DNA from: Psilocybe cubensis
Taxonomy: Eukaryota
DNA: 64,000 bases
Direction of reading: 5' to 3'
Assembly: GCA_017499595.2 (NCBI GenBank)
Contig: CM039005.1
Coordinates: 2,232,001 to 2,296,000, forward strand
In this document: positions 1-12,193 of the stretch, one piece after another
Layout of the letters: every line of letters begins with the position of its first letter
Position numbering within the stretch: position 1 is the stretch's first letter
Made by a program: the position numbers and the translations under genes
The notes under the pieces: generated by a model
What the model was told of the DNA's origin: nothing
The model's input: only the letters and a program-made list of their open reading frames with translations
Database searches by the model: none

Positions 1-908
1 CATGCTTTTTGCTGGCCACGGTAAGTCGGAATAAAACTTAGACCCAATTGTTACTAATGTAGCGAGCGAAGAAACGACGGCACACACGCTGGCTGCAACC
101 TTGGGGTACTTGGCGTATCATCAAAATCTTCAGGATGAGGTGTACGATCAGATCGCCTCCGTTCTTGGACGGGACCGTGAGCCGGTATGTAAACGTCAAA
201 GGTTAGAGTGGCCGGTATCAGCAAACTGAATCTGAAGTCAGACAATCGATGACTATCCTTCTTTGAATAAAGTCCTGGCGGCGTTCTATGAGGGTGTCAG
301 ACTTTTCCGTCAGTTTAGCTACTCCATTAAACGACGATATGCTGACGGACGTATGCAGCTGCTGGCCATATCATGATTCGCCAGGCGTATGAGGACACTG
401 TCTTGAATATTCCCAATCCCGTTGGAGAAGAGGGCGTCACAACATTCCCTGTACCCAAGGGCACAAATGTAATTATATACGTTTATTTCGTTTTAGCTTC
501 TCTTGCTGACGCCAGAAACTTCAAGGTGATTGTTGACATGATCGGAGTCCGTGAGTTACTTCCATTCTCATGCATGCATTGCATTTGATTAAGTATTACT
601 AAACAGAGTACAACCCACGATATTTCGATAACCCTGGGGAATACCGCCCGTCCAGGTGGTATGGAATCAGCAACGAGTCGGAAAGTTTCTCTGCTTTTAG
701 CATTGGAACTCGCGCGTGTCTGGGGAGGAAATTCGCGACTCTGGAGTCTGTTTGCTTCCTTGCTCTTCTACTTCGAGACTACAGGGTCGAACCTGCCTTG
801 AGCAACGGGGAAACAAAGGATGAATGGAGGGATAGGGTTTTGGATGGGAAGATTATCTTGACTTTGGGTGTCAACAATGTTCCAGTTAAACTTATCCGCA
901 GAGTATAA
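1..908 (+). CDS. Cytochrome P450, 3' part (truncated by window edge, multi-exon)
   Basis: Spliced translation shows I-helix FAGH/ETTAHT, K-helix EGVR, PSRW meander and heme motif FSIGTRACLG; TAA at 906-908. Confidence 0.93.
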
Positions 909-1927
909 GTTTACGGCTCCATATTACACTTACTAATTCAGATCTATGTGTATGACGAGGTTTATTTGAGCTCACCCCAATTTATTTTTACAGTCGACGA
1001 GGTCGCGTTGGCAGGGTATGACGTCATCGTTCTTCCAGTCATGGCCTGAGATTTAGCGCCCGGACACTGACAATAAGTCATAGTCATGTGTGCGTTAAGT
1101 TGCAATTCGAAATGCATTGATACCGGCTAGACTTTGGTGGTTCTCACTTGTATACGGCTTTTTAACTACCTTGTACCAACTAGCAGCATTGATTTCGACA
1201 CGACACGAAACTCCGGGATATTGGGTGAAATTTGAAGCACGAAGCCTGAGGGTTAACACTAGCGACTTCGTTTACATGATCAAAATTATAGAGTGCATTT
1301 TAATATAGTGGAGAGCGGGAAGGTTAGGGGTTGGTTTAAATTTGGCCACTAAGGTTGACAAGTAACAAGACTTAATGTTGATTTGAAGGTAATTCACCCA
1401 GCGCAAAGCTTGTACAAATGGTAGCGCAAACGGTTTGAGGCGGTCAAGATGGCAAGAACACATTCAGTTAGAGCGTCCTTCAGCGGCAACGTTTTGCAGT
1501 GGCTGCTGTGGAGAACATGCTACCATCGTTTCTCTGACTGTATCTTAGGCTGGCAAGGCGCTGCTATCACTGGGTAGACAAATTAAGTACGTACATAATC
1601 ATTGACGGTACAGATACTTGAGACATCGAAGTCGTCAGGTATATCTTCTGACTTATGGAACTATGAAGAGGGTGGTTTGGACGAATGGAATCCTGCCTTG
1701 TCATTGTTAGGCGATTCTTGTGGCTGAATTTAAGAGCATTTCGCGCGGTGGTGGCGCATGGCAGATAGAACACCAACCTCATTCGAAGCAAGGCAAAATT
1801 GTATAAATACCTTGCTCGAAATCGATAAATCCCCAGTCAGGTCAACGTCTAGCAATGTAAGCAGTTCCTCCAGCTTCAATTCAACCCTACAAAATACTGA
1901 TTTCCGTCTGGTAGAACATCAGAAACA

Positions 1928-2233
1928 ATGAAATTCTTCATCTTCGCTATCGCAATCGCTGCATCCGTCCTTGCCGTTCCCTCTAAGGACGTCAATGCAG
2001 TTTCTGCCAACACCAACGATGAGAGCAGTGCGCTCAAATTCCTCCTTACCAATTCCCCTGCCGGACACCAAGTCGAGGAAGATGGCCCTGCACCACCTGG
2101 CTGCTACTGGGATGGAACCGCGCCATTTTGCGCTGGTTCCTGCCCACCGGGATACACTGAAAGGAACCGCGGAAGCTGTGGAGACGGCGCGTGCTGCTGG
2201 ACGGGGTACAAGTTCCTGTGCTGCAAGGATTAA
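1928..2233 (+). CDS. Small secreted cysteine-rich protein (101 aa)
   Basis: Signal peptide MKFFIFAIAIAASVLA, acidic spacer, C-terminal 8-Cys domain CYWDGTAPFCAGSC...CGDGACCWTGYKFLCC; TATAAA at ~1802. Confidence 0.88.
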   Translation: MKFFIFAIAIAASVLAVPSKDVNAVSANTNDESSALKFLLTNSPAGHQVEEDGPAPPGCYWDGTAPFCAGSCPPGYTERNRGSCGDGACCWTGYKFLCCKD

Positions 2234-2635
2234 TTAGGGAATGGTGATGGGTAGACGACCCTAAAACACTGGGTTGTTGCGGCTCAACCAGAGAAAAATA
2301 GCTGGCACCAAATAGTTTATTTGTATGCGTTTAGCACATTTGTCCTGAAAATTCAAATCATAAAATTATAACGTAACTGTCATCCATGAACTTGTTTAAG
2401 GTGGCCAGAAACAGGGGCCTGTACGTCACGCGACGCAACGCGAGTTCATATTTGCTCGTGTTAGTTACGAAAGACAACATCGTTGGCGAGGCTTGCCAAG
2501 CTTCTGAATTGTACTTAAAGCCATCCTTGCCTGAATCCGACACCCCACACTCGACCCAGACGCCTGCAACTGACGGGTTCAGTTATTACTGTAGACATTT
2601 CCCCACCTTCTTCAACAAAAGGTCATCTTACTGCC

Positions 2636-4151
2636 ATGACTTCCGCTCCTCAACACCCTGTTGAGGTTCCTCCATTTCAACTGCAGCGCCTGATTCCGGA
2701 TGTCATCGAGCCTTACAGTGAGTACCAATGAATGATTGCTTGATATAAAATGTAATATGTGTTATTAGCCTTTCAGAGCGCTGCTGGGAAGATTCAGTTG
2801 CGCTGTGCACAAGCATTAGGTGAGTCACTAATGCTTAACCTTGAGCCAGCTCGGCGGCAAGGGTTTAAAGCTATTAACTGATGATTCTCTAGGCTCTGAG
2901 ATATACGCCGGATGTTCCAACGGAGAGTTGTTGCGGTTTGCATTGCAAGCAGATGGGCCGAATAATGCATGTTTCCATCCCTAACATTACTTCTCGGCGT
3001 GTGTTAACACATATGATACTTTACCGGTCACCTTGTAGCTCCAAACCTATACCTTGCTTTCCAGACAGGTTGTCCCTGGAGAGAAACCCATCGATGAAAT
3101 TGTCCTAGTTCCCAGTCTTTCGCGGGCGCTAGTCCTATCTGGTACTTGAGTACATTACTCTTTTTCCACGTTAATGTTGTTCAAATTCCTCACTTTGGTC
3201 CATTTTAGATCATCAAATACATTTTTATACAATACCTTCGCTCGACCCATATCCCATCAAGCCGATTCGAAACGTTGTGACCTTCGCCGTGGACGACATT
3301 CATCTAAAGCGACAATTGCCCCCTCTCTCTGCACAAGGCCTGCAATTGCCAATGGAACCCGTTGATTTCTGTGTTGTTAAGAGGAATGGTATCGCTATGT
3401 TTACAATGAAGGATCGCGTTTTCTACACCAAAGTACGCCTCCTTGACCCTTTTTTGTCACACTTATATCAACGCCATTCTCGCAGGAAATCCCCCTTCAA
3501 CAAGGTGGCATTACCCTTGCCAAACGAACAGGTCGGACCCTTTGTATAGCGGACAAAACTCACTACAGCATGCTGGACCTCGAGGCATTGTCTGTATTTC
3601 AAGTACTTCCCGTCTCACAAGCGTTCGAACCTACGCCATTCGTTGTGAAGCCGTCAATCACTGTAATCAGCCAGAATGAATTTTTGATTTTGTCCTGGAC
3701 GGGAGCGAGTACTTTAGGTCTCTTTGTCACAGGAGATGGTGACCCGGTTAGAGGTACTCTCGAATGGCCGAGCCATCCTGAAGCTATCTGTCAGTTCTTT
3801 TCTCACTAAACAATTTGTTCTTCTATTTAACTTTCTAAAATGTCTTGTTTAGGCCTCGATTATCCTTATATCACGTCTCTCCTCCCAAACAATACTATTG
3901 AAATTCACAGCGTCGATACACAGGCCATTGTGCAGGTTGTTGGTGCCCCCGAGCCATCGGTATCTTCTTCACCTTCCTCGCCAAACCAGCCTGGAATGCA
4001 TCGTAGGTCGTCATCGACAAGCTCAAAGGGAGGGGGTGTCGACCTTCAGAAACGCCTGTCCTTGATTTCGAGCATATCCGGATATTTGGTCCCTTCGACG
4101 CAGAGGTCGGACAAGATGCGCACTGTACCTGTGAAGCTTTTGCGAACATAG
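2636..4151 (+). CDS. CNH-domain protein related to the Vps39/Vps3/TGFBRAP1 N-terminus (multi-exon, CNH only)
   Basis: Spliced exons give GSEIYAGCSNGELLRF, GLFVTGDGDPVRGTLEWPSHP, LDYPYITSLLPNNTIEIHS, typical of this beta-propeller family; stop at 4151. Confidence 0.75.
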
Positions 4152-5232
4152 AAGAGGACGTTAGTTATACTGTCTTTTAGGCTGTTCGGCTGACTATCAC
4201 ATTAGTCCATAGATGCAACCCTTGGGTTATGGCACTAATGTTTATGATGTCTTTGATGAAGTTTGCAAGAACTTTGTGGCCTTCGTATTCTGCGTGATTG
4301 GATGTAATCAGTCGTGGAGTGGATGTCCATCAGTTGGTTTGTTGTTGGAGGCCTGTTCCTTCAGCTCAGTTGGATAAAATCGACCGTTCTTGCCTCATGG
4401 CTTTCTCGATTCAGCAGTGACACGACTAAACTTGTCTTTGATTGCTCACGCCAATCAAATATGTTTTCTTGACTGTTTTAACGGTGCGTGTTTTCAATGC
4501 TTGAATCTCACCTTCACCCTCAACACGCTTAATTATAAAAGGTTGAAAAAGGCAGAAAGCAGCCATATATGGCACTGGATCAGCGGCAGGTCCATTGGAA
4601 AATGTGTTTACCCAAGATATGGCTGTCCGACGTATACGATGATCGATCGATGAACTCGAACAAACGCAGGAAGCTTGCGTGTTTGCGTGAATATTCCCAT
4701 GATTCCCATACTAGTCCACCAACAGTTATCGCATTTTCGGTGCAGGCAAAGCACCGGATTCATTAAATCGTTAAGCGCCGAGAAATGGTGTGATTCATCT
4801 GTCTAGTATCTGTATCTAAATTAATTGCACTAGGCTTGAACCGAACACGTCTAGGAATCAGTCTGGATTGACGAGTATTGTTACCTCTCTATGGCGCATC
4901 TATCCCTGAAATGTGGGATTCATTCATATTTCGCCCCACACTGTCGGGGAGTAAATCGATCGACATGCGCTTGTACACGACCTTTGGATTTCTTACACCT
5001 CCAACTAAAACACGCGCTCGCCGCACAGCCTGCACCATTGCAGTATATTTAGACATCGTCGTCTACACATATGGCCCAACTTCTCGCTGTTGCCTTCTTT
5101 CCCTTCATTCGTCTGTATCCTGTTGAATATCTCTGGTCGGTATTGTGCTGTCTGCATTGCATGGTATCATATGCTCACTGAGTACTAGGAGATAGAATTC
5201 CCCAACATATATCTTTTCCTGTATATTCCAAT

Positions 5233-6314
5233 ATGCCTAGGTGGTTATCATCGATTGTAGATTTTGTTCAATGGTTCGGCGTCGAGCCATCCGACAAGCA
5301 TTTTTTACAAGCAAAGTCACTACATGCGGAATACACGGAGTCTGGCCAGAAGGATTTTGGAACTCTCAACCTTTCTCTAGCTAACTTCGAGTTAGCCCTG
5401 TGCTATCGCCGTAGAGGCGAAGACGGACTTGCTCATCCTGACCTTGAGGCGACTCTCAGCACCTACGCATCGGTACTCTGGAAGCGCTACGAGATCACAA
5501 AGTCGCTGTTCGATCTTTACAGGGTTATCGAGCTAGATGAAGAGGCCAAGTTCTATGGGAGAAGGCGGTCGACTCTTCCTCCAGGCCGCTTGACCACACC
5601 AATGTCTTCCTTGACCTTGGAAACGCCTATTTCAGTCTATTCCGCAGCAATATTACTTCCTCGCAACAATTTCAGAAGGCAGTACAAAACTACGAAAAGC
5701 TGACCTTGGAGACCGATCTGCGGAAGCAACGGTGTGGGTTTCTGAAGTTGGGCATCGCCTTTTTAGCCTGGTACGAGCGCAATGATGCCGGTACACCGTC
5801 TGGGGAACGGATTAAACGACTCGACAAGGCATTGAAGTACTTCCATCAGGCACTGGACTTAGGTGGCAATGAGATACTCCCAAACGCATCTGAAGCCATG
5901 GATGCCGACCAGAAGGATGCGATCCTCCGGATTGCGGTCGCTTACTATGTTCGTTATAAAGATCGCAAGGACCCGAAAAATTTGGATGCAGCAATTGACT
6001 ACAATCGCAAGGCTCGTTCTGCTCTGCAGGTGGACGATAAAAACTACGCATACTGCTCATTCGATCTGGCCGAACAGCTCTTCACCCTATATCAGAGAGT
6101 CAGTGGATCAAAAGAAGAAACCAGGACCACCATACGAAGTCGGTCCTCTTTGGATACCGAGAAAGTCAATGGAGCCAAATGTTTGGAGGAGGCACGAGAG
6201 GTTTTGGAGGATGTTTTGACAAAGCGGGAAAGTTTAGAGGAAGACTTGGTTGCCAACTGCGACGATTTGTTGAAAGTGGTGCAGAGGCATATCGATGGTC
6301 TCAGTGTCAAATAA
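5233..6314 (+). pseudogene. TPR-like helical-repeat protein, paralog 1, 1-nt frameshift near 5548-5550
   Basis: Aligns with the 7896 paralog up to VIELDEEA. Homology (LWE...RPLD...FLDLGNAY) continues in another frame that runs into ORF 5706-6314. Confidence 0.75.
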
Positions 6315-7895
6315 TCCTCCAGTAGCTAGCACGTCAGCTGCTTTGTACTGTTTTTCTTCGAGTTCTAGTTGTAAAATGATCGAGCGCTCGGAAAATCGTA
6401 CAGTTAGAGCTATTCATATTAATATTACCAACAATAACACGATCTCTCATTGGGTATTGATTCGTTATCTTTAGAGCTTGCCTTCCTTGTAGACCCTTCC
6501 TTGTATACTTTATAAAGAGGACCATGTGTCTGCCGCCCTTGTTACGATAGTCGTTCTAATCGCCCCTGAATCCTCCATGAGTAATGCGTCGCGTCGCGCG
6601 TCTTGAGTTACAGGGACGCGTAGTATTACATAGTACGTCACAACTGTCACGTATTTTTTCCGACTCTTTCTTGCTCCTGTCTCTCTCGAGTATATATTCT
6701 CGACCTCTAGTCATTTTGGAATATTTTTGAGATGTTTCTCCATCAAACTGCGAAGGAACCCACATAATCTCAGGTGCTTCACTGTTTTACCTTGTTCTTC
6801 AAGAATTAGGAGCTGCGTCAAGAATCTACAAAATCTCGCACTGGCACTGACTCATTCAAGATTAGTGTCGAGTCCTTAAAACTCGCACTGAAACCATTTC
6901 GACCGATTCCTTTCAATTTGGCCGACGCTTGGATGCTATTCTGTTTCATGTCCTGTTTTCGATAGAACTGAAGGGATTTGGTGGGAGTGCAACTCAATTG
7001 GTTGAATGACGCGGTATGTACATATTACCTACCCAGAAGTACATGAATGACCGATTGATCATTGCACTTATATAGATGGACAAGTTACGGCTTTCCTGAC
7101 AAAAAAGGCCAGACGATCATGTTGTCCCGACTAAAAATGATAATAAAGTTTGACCTCGAGGCAGGGAGTGGCACGAAGGAACACCCAAAAATTCTAGTTT
7201 TCAATCATTCGAATCTTCTGCTTTACGTCTCATTTACATCTCCTTGTTCTAGTCCTTATGCCATGAAGAGTAACTACACACAGTGCAACCTATCGCTACA
7301 CTACTTCAAAACGGCTGTAGATTTACGACGCCCTTGATCAAAACTAAAAACGAACCCCTTCAGTTACCCGTGGCGCATGGTTCTCCTCATGTTTTGGTAG
7401 AAAGGTTCCCCCTTCTGGATTCGGGGGAATCAATATACCCCATCTTCTAGCACTAGGAAGTCTGGTGCGGCAATTACTTTGATGCCAATGGGTCGACAAA
7501 AAGTTGTCGGTTCGACACTGGGGCATTTTCCTTTAGTGCTGAAGCATCAGGAAAATGGGTCGAGCCTCGTGTCTGTGAATGGTTTTTCGGACTGGCCCTT
7601 GCCAGCATAGTACCATGCTTCGTACACGCTGCATCCTGGAGCCTTTTGTCACCCTGCGCTTCATAATGTATGTTGTCGGCAGCGACTTTTAATGAACGGC
7701 ACTATTTACCTCTTTATTGTCACTTGAGTTCGGTCTCACCTCTGTCCTATAAAGAACGTCTGAACTTCAAGGTGAGGAGGATATAGAGTTTACTGTATCA
7801 CTAAACTCGTCTTGTTCTTGGACTCTTAGTTGGCGAGGTGCGAATCATCCATTGTTCTGAATTCTTGTTAATTAACATGTTTATCTAGGACTCCA

Positions 7896-9035
7896 ATGGC
7901 CGGTTGCTGGTCTTCCTTCTTAGATTTCTTTCGAGGAGATCCTTCCAGGAAGCAATTTAAGAGAGCGAACGCATTTTACTCGCAGTATAAGGCCTCTGAC
8001 AAGAAGGACTTGAAGGCCCTCAATAACTCCATTGCCAATTATGAGCTGGCACTCAACAATCGCCGCAAAACCAAAGATGGACTTCCCCATCCTGATCTTG
8101 GGATAACCCTCATCACATATGCATCTGTTCTTTGGGAACGCTACACAATAACTCACTCCCAGTCTGATGTTCTTAAAGTTATTGAGCTGGACGAAGAAGC
8201 GTACGCATTATGGGAGAGTGACCCTGCATCCCGGCCTCCGGATTACCCTGTTCTGCTTCTCGACCTCGGAAATGCCTACTGCAATCAGTACAAGGTCAAC
8301 CCGGCCCTTCATGATATGTTGGGAAAGGCCATCATCATGTTCGACAAGCTGAAAGAAGTCGGAACGGAGACCGACAAGCAGACAGGTTTAATCAAGCTCG
8401 GGGATGCACTCTATACCTGGTGTTACGATGACTTGGCTCAATCGCAGGACGAGAAAGAGGAGAAGCTCGATCGCTCTATTGCAATCCTCGAGAAAGCCAT
8501 TGAAGGTGGCCGCATTGGTCGCAAAGAAGGAGCAAGCGACTCGTCAATCCCCTATGAGACTGCGCGACAGGGTTTGCTTACCCTTGCAATGGCTTACAAC
8601 CTCCGCTTCCAAAATCGTAAATTGCGGGCCGATCTGGACGAAGCTATCAAGTACAATAAACTAGTGCTCAAGCACATGCGCAATGACGATACGAATACGC
8701 CTTACAGTCTGTTTGATCTTGCCGAAAAACTCTTCGTCAAATACGAATATGAGCAAGGACGGAGAGCCACGGGCAGGTCGACTGATGGAGCATGGCTCAG
8801 CATTGACTTAAAGGCAGATAAAGGAGTCAATGAACTCCGTGGAGCTGAGGGGGCACTGACCCAGGTGTTGCAATGGAGAGAAATTGATGACGCCAAACAC
8901 GCGGAACTCAAATCGGAATCAACAAAACTTCTAGATACGGTCAGGACACATATTACCAACCTCAGCAGGACTGCGTCCAGGGCATCAAGCAGCACCAATC
9001 TTAACGCAAGTGACAATGGGGCAGAGCACGTCTGA
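7896..9035 (+). CDS. TPR-like helical-repeat protein, paralog 2 (379 aa, intronless CDS)
   Basis: Long ORF with repeats HPDLGITLITYASVLWERY, RPPDYPVLLLDLGNAY, DLDEAIKYN...SLFDLAEKLFVKY; TATAAA at 7748. Confidence 0.85.
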   Translation: MAGCWSSFLDFFRGDPSRKQFKRANAFYSQYKASDKKDLKALNNSIANYELALNNRRKTKDGLPHPDLGITLITYASVLWERYTITHSQSDVLKVIELDEEAYALWESDPASRPPDYPVLLLDLGNAYCNQYKVNPALHDMLGKAIIMFDKLKEVGTETDKQTGLIKLGDALYTWCYDDLAQSQDEKEEKLDRSIAILEKAIEGGRIGRKEGASDSSIPYETARQGLLTLAMAYNLRFQNRKLRADLDEAIKYNKLVLKHMRNDDTNTPYSLFDLAEKLFVKYEYEQGRRATGRSTDGAWLSIDLKADKGVNELRGAEGALTQVLQWREIDDAKHAELKSESTKLLDTVRTHITNLSRTASRASSSTNLNASDNGAEHV

Positions 9036-10721
9036 CGGCGCAATATGATATTGTAGGAGGTAGAGTTGCATTGGGATTGTACCTTGCAGCCCTTCAAAGG
9101 CGTTGACTATCTTGAAAATATTTTCCCTTAACTCACTTTTTTCTCTCTTACAGTTCACATCTCCATGTACTAGTACCATTCCCTCCAATTGTTTTGCTAG
9201 CCTTGTTCAATGGCCTTGTCTACTGACTTGGCACCAAAAGAAAATGCAGTTATTAATTAAGGTGGTGTTGAGCAATTTTTTAATGAAGGGCAGGACTTTG
9301 GAGTCATGTGCTTATTTTGAGTGAGTAGGTGCCATTGACAGTTGTGGTCTGGCTAGGAGAGTCTACTGTCAGCTGGGGAGCCGTACGTGATATAGGGTGG
9401 CACACTAGTTTTCACAATCACTTTATGAGTTTTTTGGGTGGCTAATAATCTTGAAGAAGGCTAATAACATGTCTTATTACAAGTGACTATTGAATGATAT
9501 GAATGGTCTGAACAGGGGCGACGCGCCTGACGCGACGCACGCGCCGCGGGGTATATATACCACGTGGTGCGTGACAAAAAAAGCTACGCATCACCAGGAG
9601 CGACGCGGAACTTGAAATTTCCTTTCGTTCTTCGTTATCTGTTCAGACCACCCCCCCGGCGCTTCAGCATATATATGTTCTCAAATCTACTCCTATGAAC
9701 CGCTCAGATGCTCTACGCTTCTCAATGTCTGGTTACTTGGACGGTCAAATGTGAACAAAAGTGGTCGTTTGGACAATCATTTACTTGTTTCCTGAAGAGA
9801 AACAGACGCTTGCACACTGCTCTGCTTGTTGTTTTGAGTAAGTCATTCATCAAAATGCTTTTGTGTTTTCGAAGCCTTCGGTTAAACTAGCTCCCGAACG
9901 TCGTGAATAGTCCCTCTGTGGGAAACAGCGTGGAGGGGTCGTTTTTTAGCCCATCGAGGAACTACGCAGGAGCCGTTTCTTTCATGTTCCAACATAGCTT
10001 CTACGTCACGGAGTCTTTGCAACAATCACACGCCATATTCACAGCTGATCTTGTTCTCAACGTGTACGCCCAGCTCCAGGCAATGAGCTAGGTCACTATG
10101 ATGAGTACGAAGAAGAAGAATCCCATCGAGTACACCAACCTTAATAGCACCTATTCCTGGACTCGTACTACTGTCTATCTTGACAGGTGTCTTGAACGCT
10201 GGGTCTCTGCATATATGACCAGGATGAGCGTCAATTCATCTTCGAGACTTTTGTAGCCTTCAGTACAAAAGGGTTTTGGCCTAGAACCCCGTGGAGAATG
10301 GGGTCAATCAGGTGCCTCATGCCTTGAGTTTATTGAATCCAGTGCGACATGCGTCGTATGTACTGGACCCTTTAGAATGCCGTGGCAAAAGCTGCGCTCT
10401 GTTCACCGTCCGTCGGTGTCGAGGAGTTGCGTGCTGAGACTTTGCACTGCACCGCCGTCAGCGGGGAGAAGTCCTGGTTGAAGTTCCGTCGTTTCGCTGA
10501 TGAATTTATCAAGCCTCCAAAACTCTAGTATAAAAGCAGGAACAGTCAGTTGTTCTCTGTTCTGTATTTCACAGTTCATCCAAAGCTTCTCTCTTTTTTT
10601 TATACTCGAAGTGAGTGAGACTTTTTTCCTGGACTTGGGCATAAACCGTAACTTATTTGTGCATTAGCGCCGAAAAACGTCTGCGATAAATCGTATCAGT
10701 CTTTAATAACACGACTACATC

Positions 10722-11936
10722 ATGCCTTCCTTTTGGTCAGCGTCCCTCGACCTCTTTCGGAAGGACCCGTCGTACAGGCACTTTGATAACGCGATGAAAT
10801 GTATCAATCTGTACAATGAAAAGCATGACGTTGAAGACCTCAACACTTCAATATCGCATTTCCAAATATCACTCCGCAATCGCGGGAAAACCAAAGAAAA
10901 ACATGCGCGTTATAGCCTTGATAAAATCCTCACTCACTACTCGGATGCGCTGTGGACTCGCTACCAGCTGGACGTGTCCAAGTTCGCAGCAGATATGGAC
11001 AAAGTGATCCAGTTGGATGAGGAAATTTGCAGGATTTGGGGGTCGCAGAGCGACCAGCCAGCAATATCCGCCCCGCTCGCAAAGAAACGCCTTGCGCTTG
11101 CGAACCTTCATGCTGCGAGGTGCTATCGTGCCATGAGGAGCTTTGAGAGGTCTAAACAGCAGGCGGACAAGGATTTTGCAAAGGCTTCGTACGGCAAGGC
11201 GATAGGCCAGATTCGTACTGTGCTTTGGGAAATGGATACTGTCCCGCCCGAGGTACGCTGGATTGCGCGCGTTATGCGTGGGGTTGTTGTCACGACATGG
11301 TGGGACCATCAAGATTTGGAGGGGGTAGAGAATACACAAGATGCGGAGCGGACCTTACAGGAAGCGATTAACAATATCGCGGATGCGTTGGATATTGGCG
11401 CACCTTTGACCATCGACGCAGTCGAACAGGCCAAGTTCAAGGCGACACCTGAGACGTGCATGCGCACGCTGGGTACAGCACACTATGTATGCTATCAGAT
11501 CAGCGAGAGGTTAAGTGATCTGGACGATGCGATCAGATGGAATCGCCAATTGCTTAGTAGGATAGGGCCAATCCATGAGGAGTATGCATATTGCAAGTTT
11601 GATCTGGCCCAGCAACTATTCGAGAAATACCAGCATGAGCGGCGCACCAGGAAGAATGGCACGGGTCACTATTTGGAGGCCAATACCGCCACCCCCGGTT
11701 CGCAGGCCTTGTATGATGCAGAAGTGGTGGCAAAGGCGTTGATGGACGAGCTGCCTAAGATGCATGACACAGCAAAGTATAGGGAAATACAGGTCAATTT
11801 GGATAAGCTTTTGCGCACGATGGACGCGCATAGCGCGTACAGTGCTAGTAACAAGGGGTCGTCACTCAGGACTCCGTCGCCCGCTCCCTCTGCCCCCTCC
11901 TCTGGACACGCAAGCATGTCTTGCGCTGGCGCTTGA
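10722..11936 (+). CDS. TPR-like helical-repeat protein, paralog 3 (404 aa, intronless CDS)
   Basis: Shares DPS..F, Y..ALW.RY, KVI.LDEE, DLD.AI..N and Y..FDLA..LF.KY motifs with the other two copies. Confidence 0.85.
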   Translation: MPSFWSASLDLFRKDPSYRHFDNAMKCINLYNEKHDVEDLNTSISHFQISLRNRGKTKEKHARYSLDKILTHYSDALWTRYQLDVSKFAADMDKVIQLDEEICRIWGSQSDQPAISAPLAKKRLALANLHAARCYRAMRSFERSKQQADKDFAKASYGKAIGQIRTVLWEMDTVPPEVRWIARVMRGVVVTTWWDHQDLEGVENTQDAERTLQEAINNIADALDIGAPLTIDAVEQAKFKATPETCMRTLGTAHYVCYQISERLSDLDDAIRWNRQLLSRIGPIHEEYAYCKFDLAQQLFEKYQHERRTRKNGTGHYLEANTATPGSQALYDAEVVAKALMDELPKMHDTAKYREIQVNLDKLLRTMDAHSAYSASNKGSSLRTPSPAPSAPSSGHASMSCAGA

Positions 11937-12193
11937 TTTTCTGCATGGAAGGTTATTCTCGCTTCTTGAAGAAGCGTTATTTATTGTGATTTTCCTGTTT
12001 TTTTATATTATGATATCCATTCATTTATATTGCTATAAGCCTACGGCACAAATTGATACTGCTTGAACGGATTCCGGAGAGATATAAAAAGGTAGAAAAG
12101 TCTTTAGGCGGCAGATTTTTTGTAAGATGTTATATATATTGATGAAGCTACTGAAATTTATATTCGACAAAGGCGATGAAACGCACAGGTCTA

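Noticed and set aside
1928-2233. Hydrophobin call for the 8-Cys secreted protein
   Set aside because: Cys spacing and doublet positions do not fit the hydrophobin pattern
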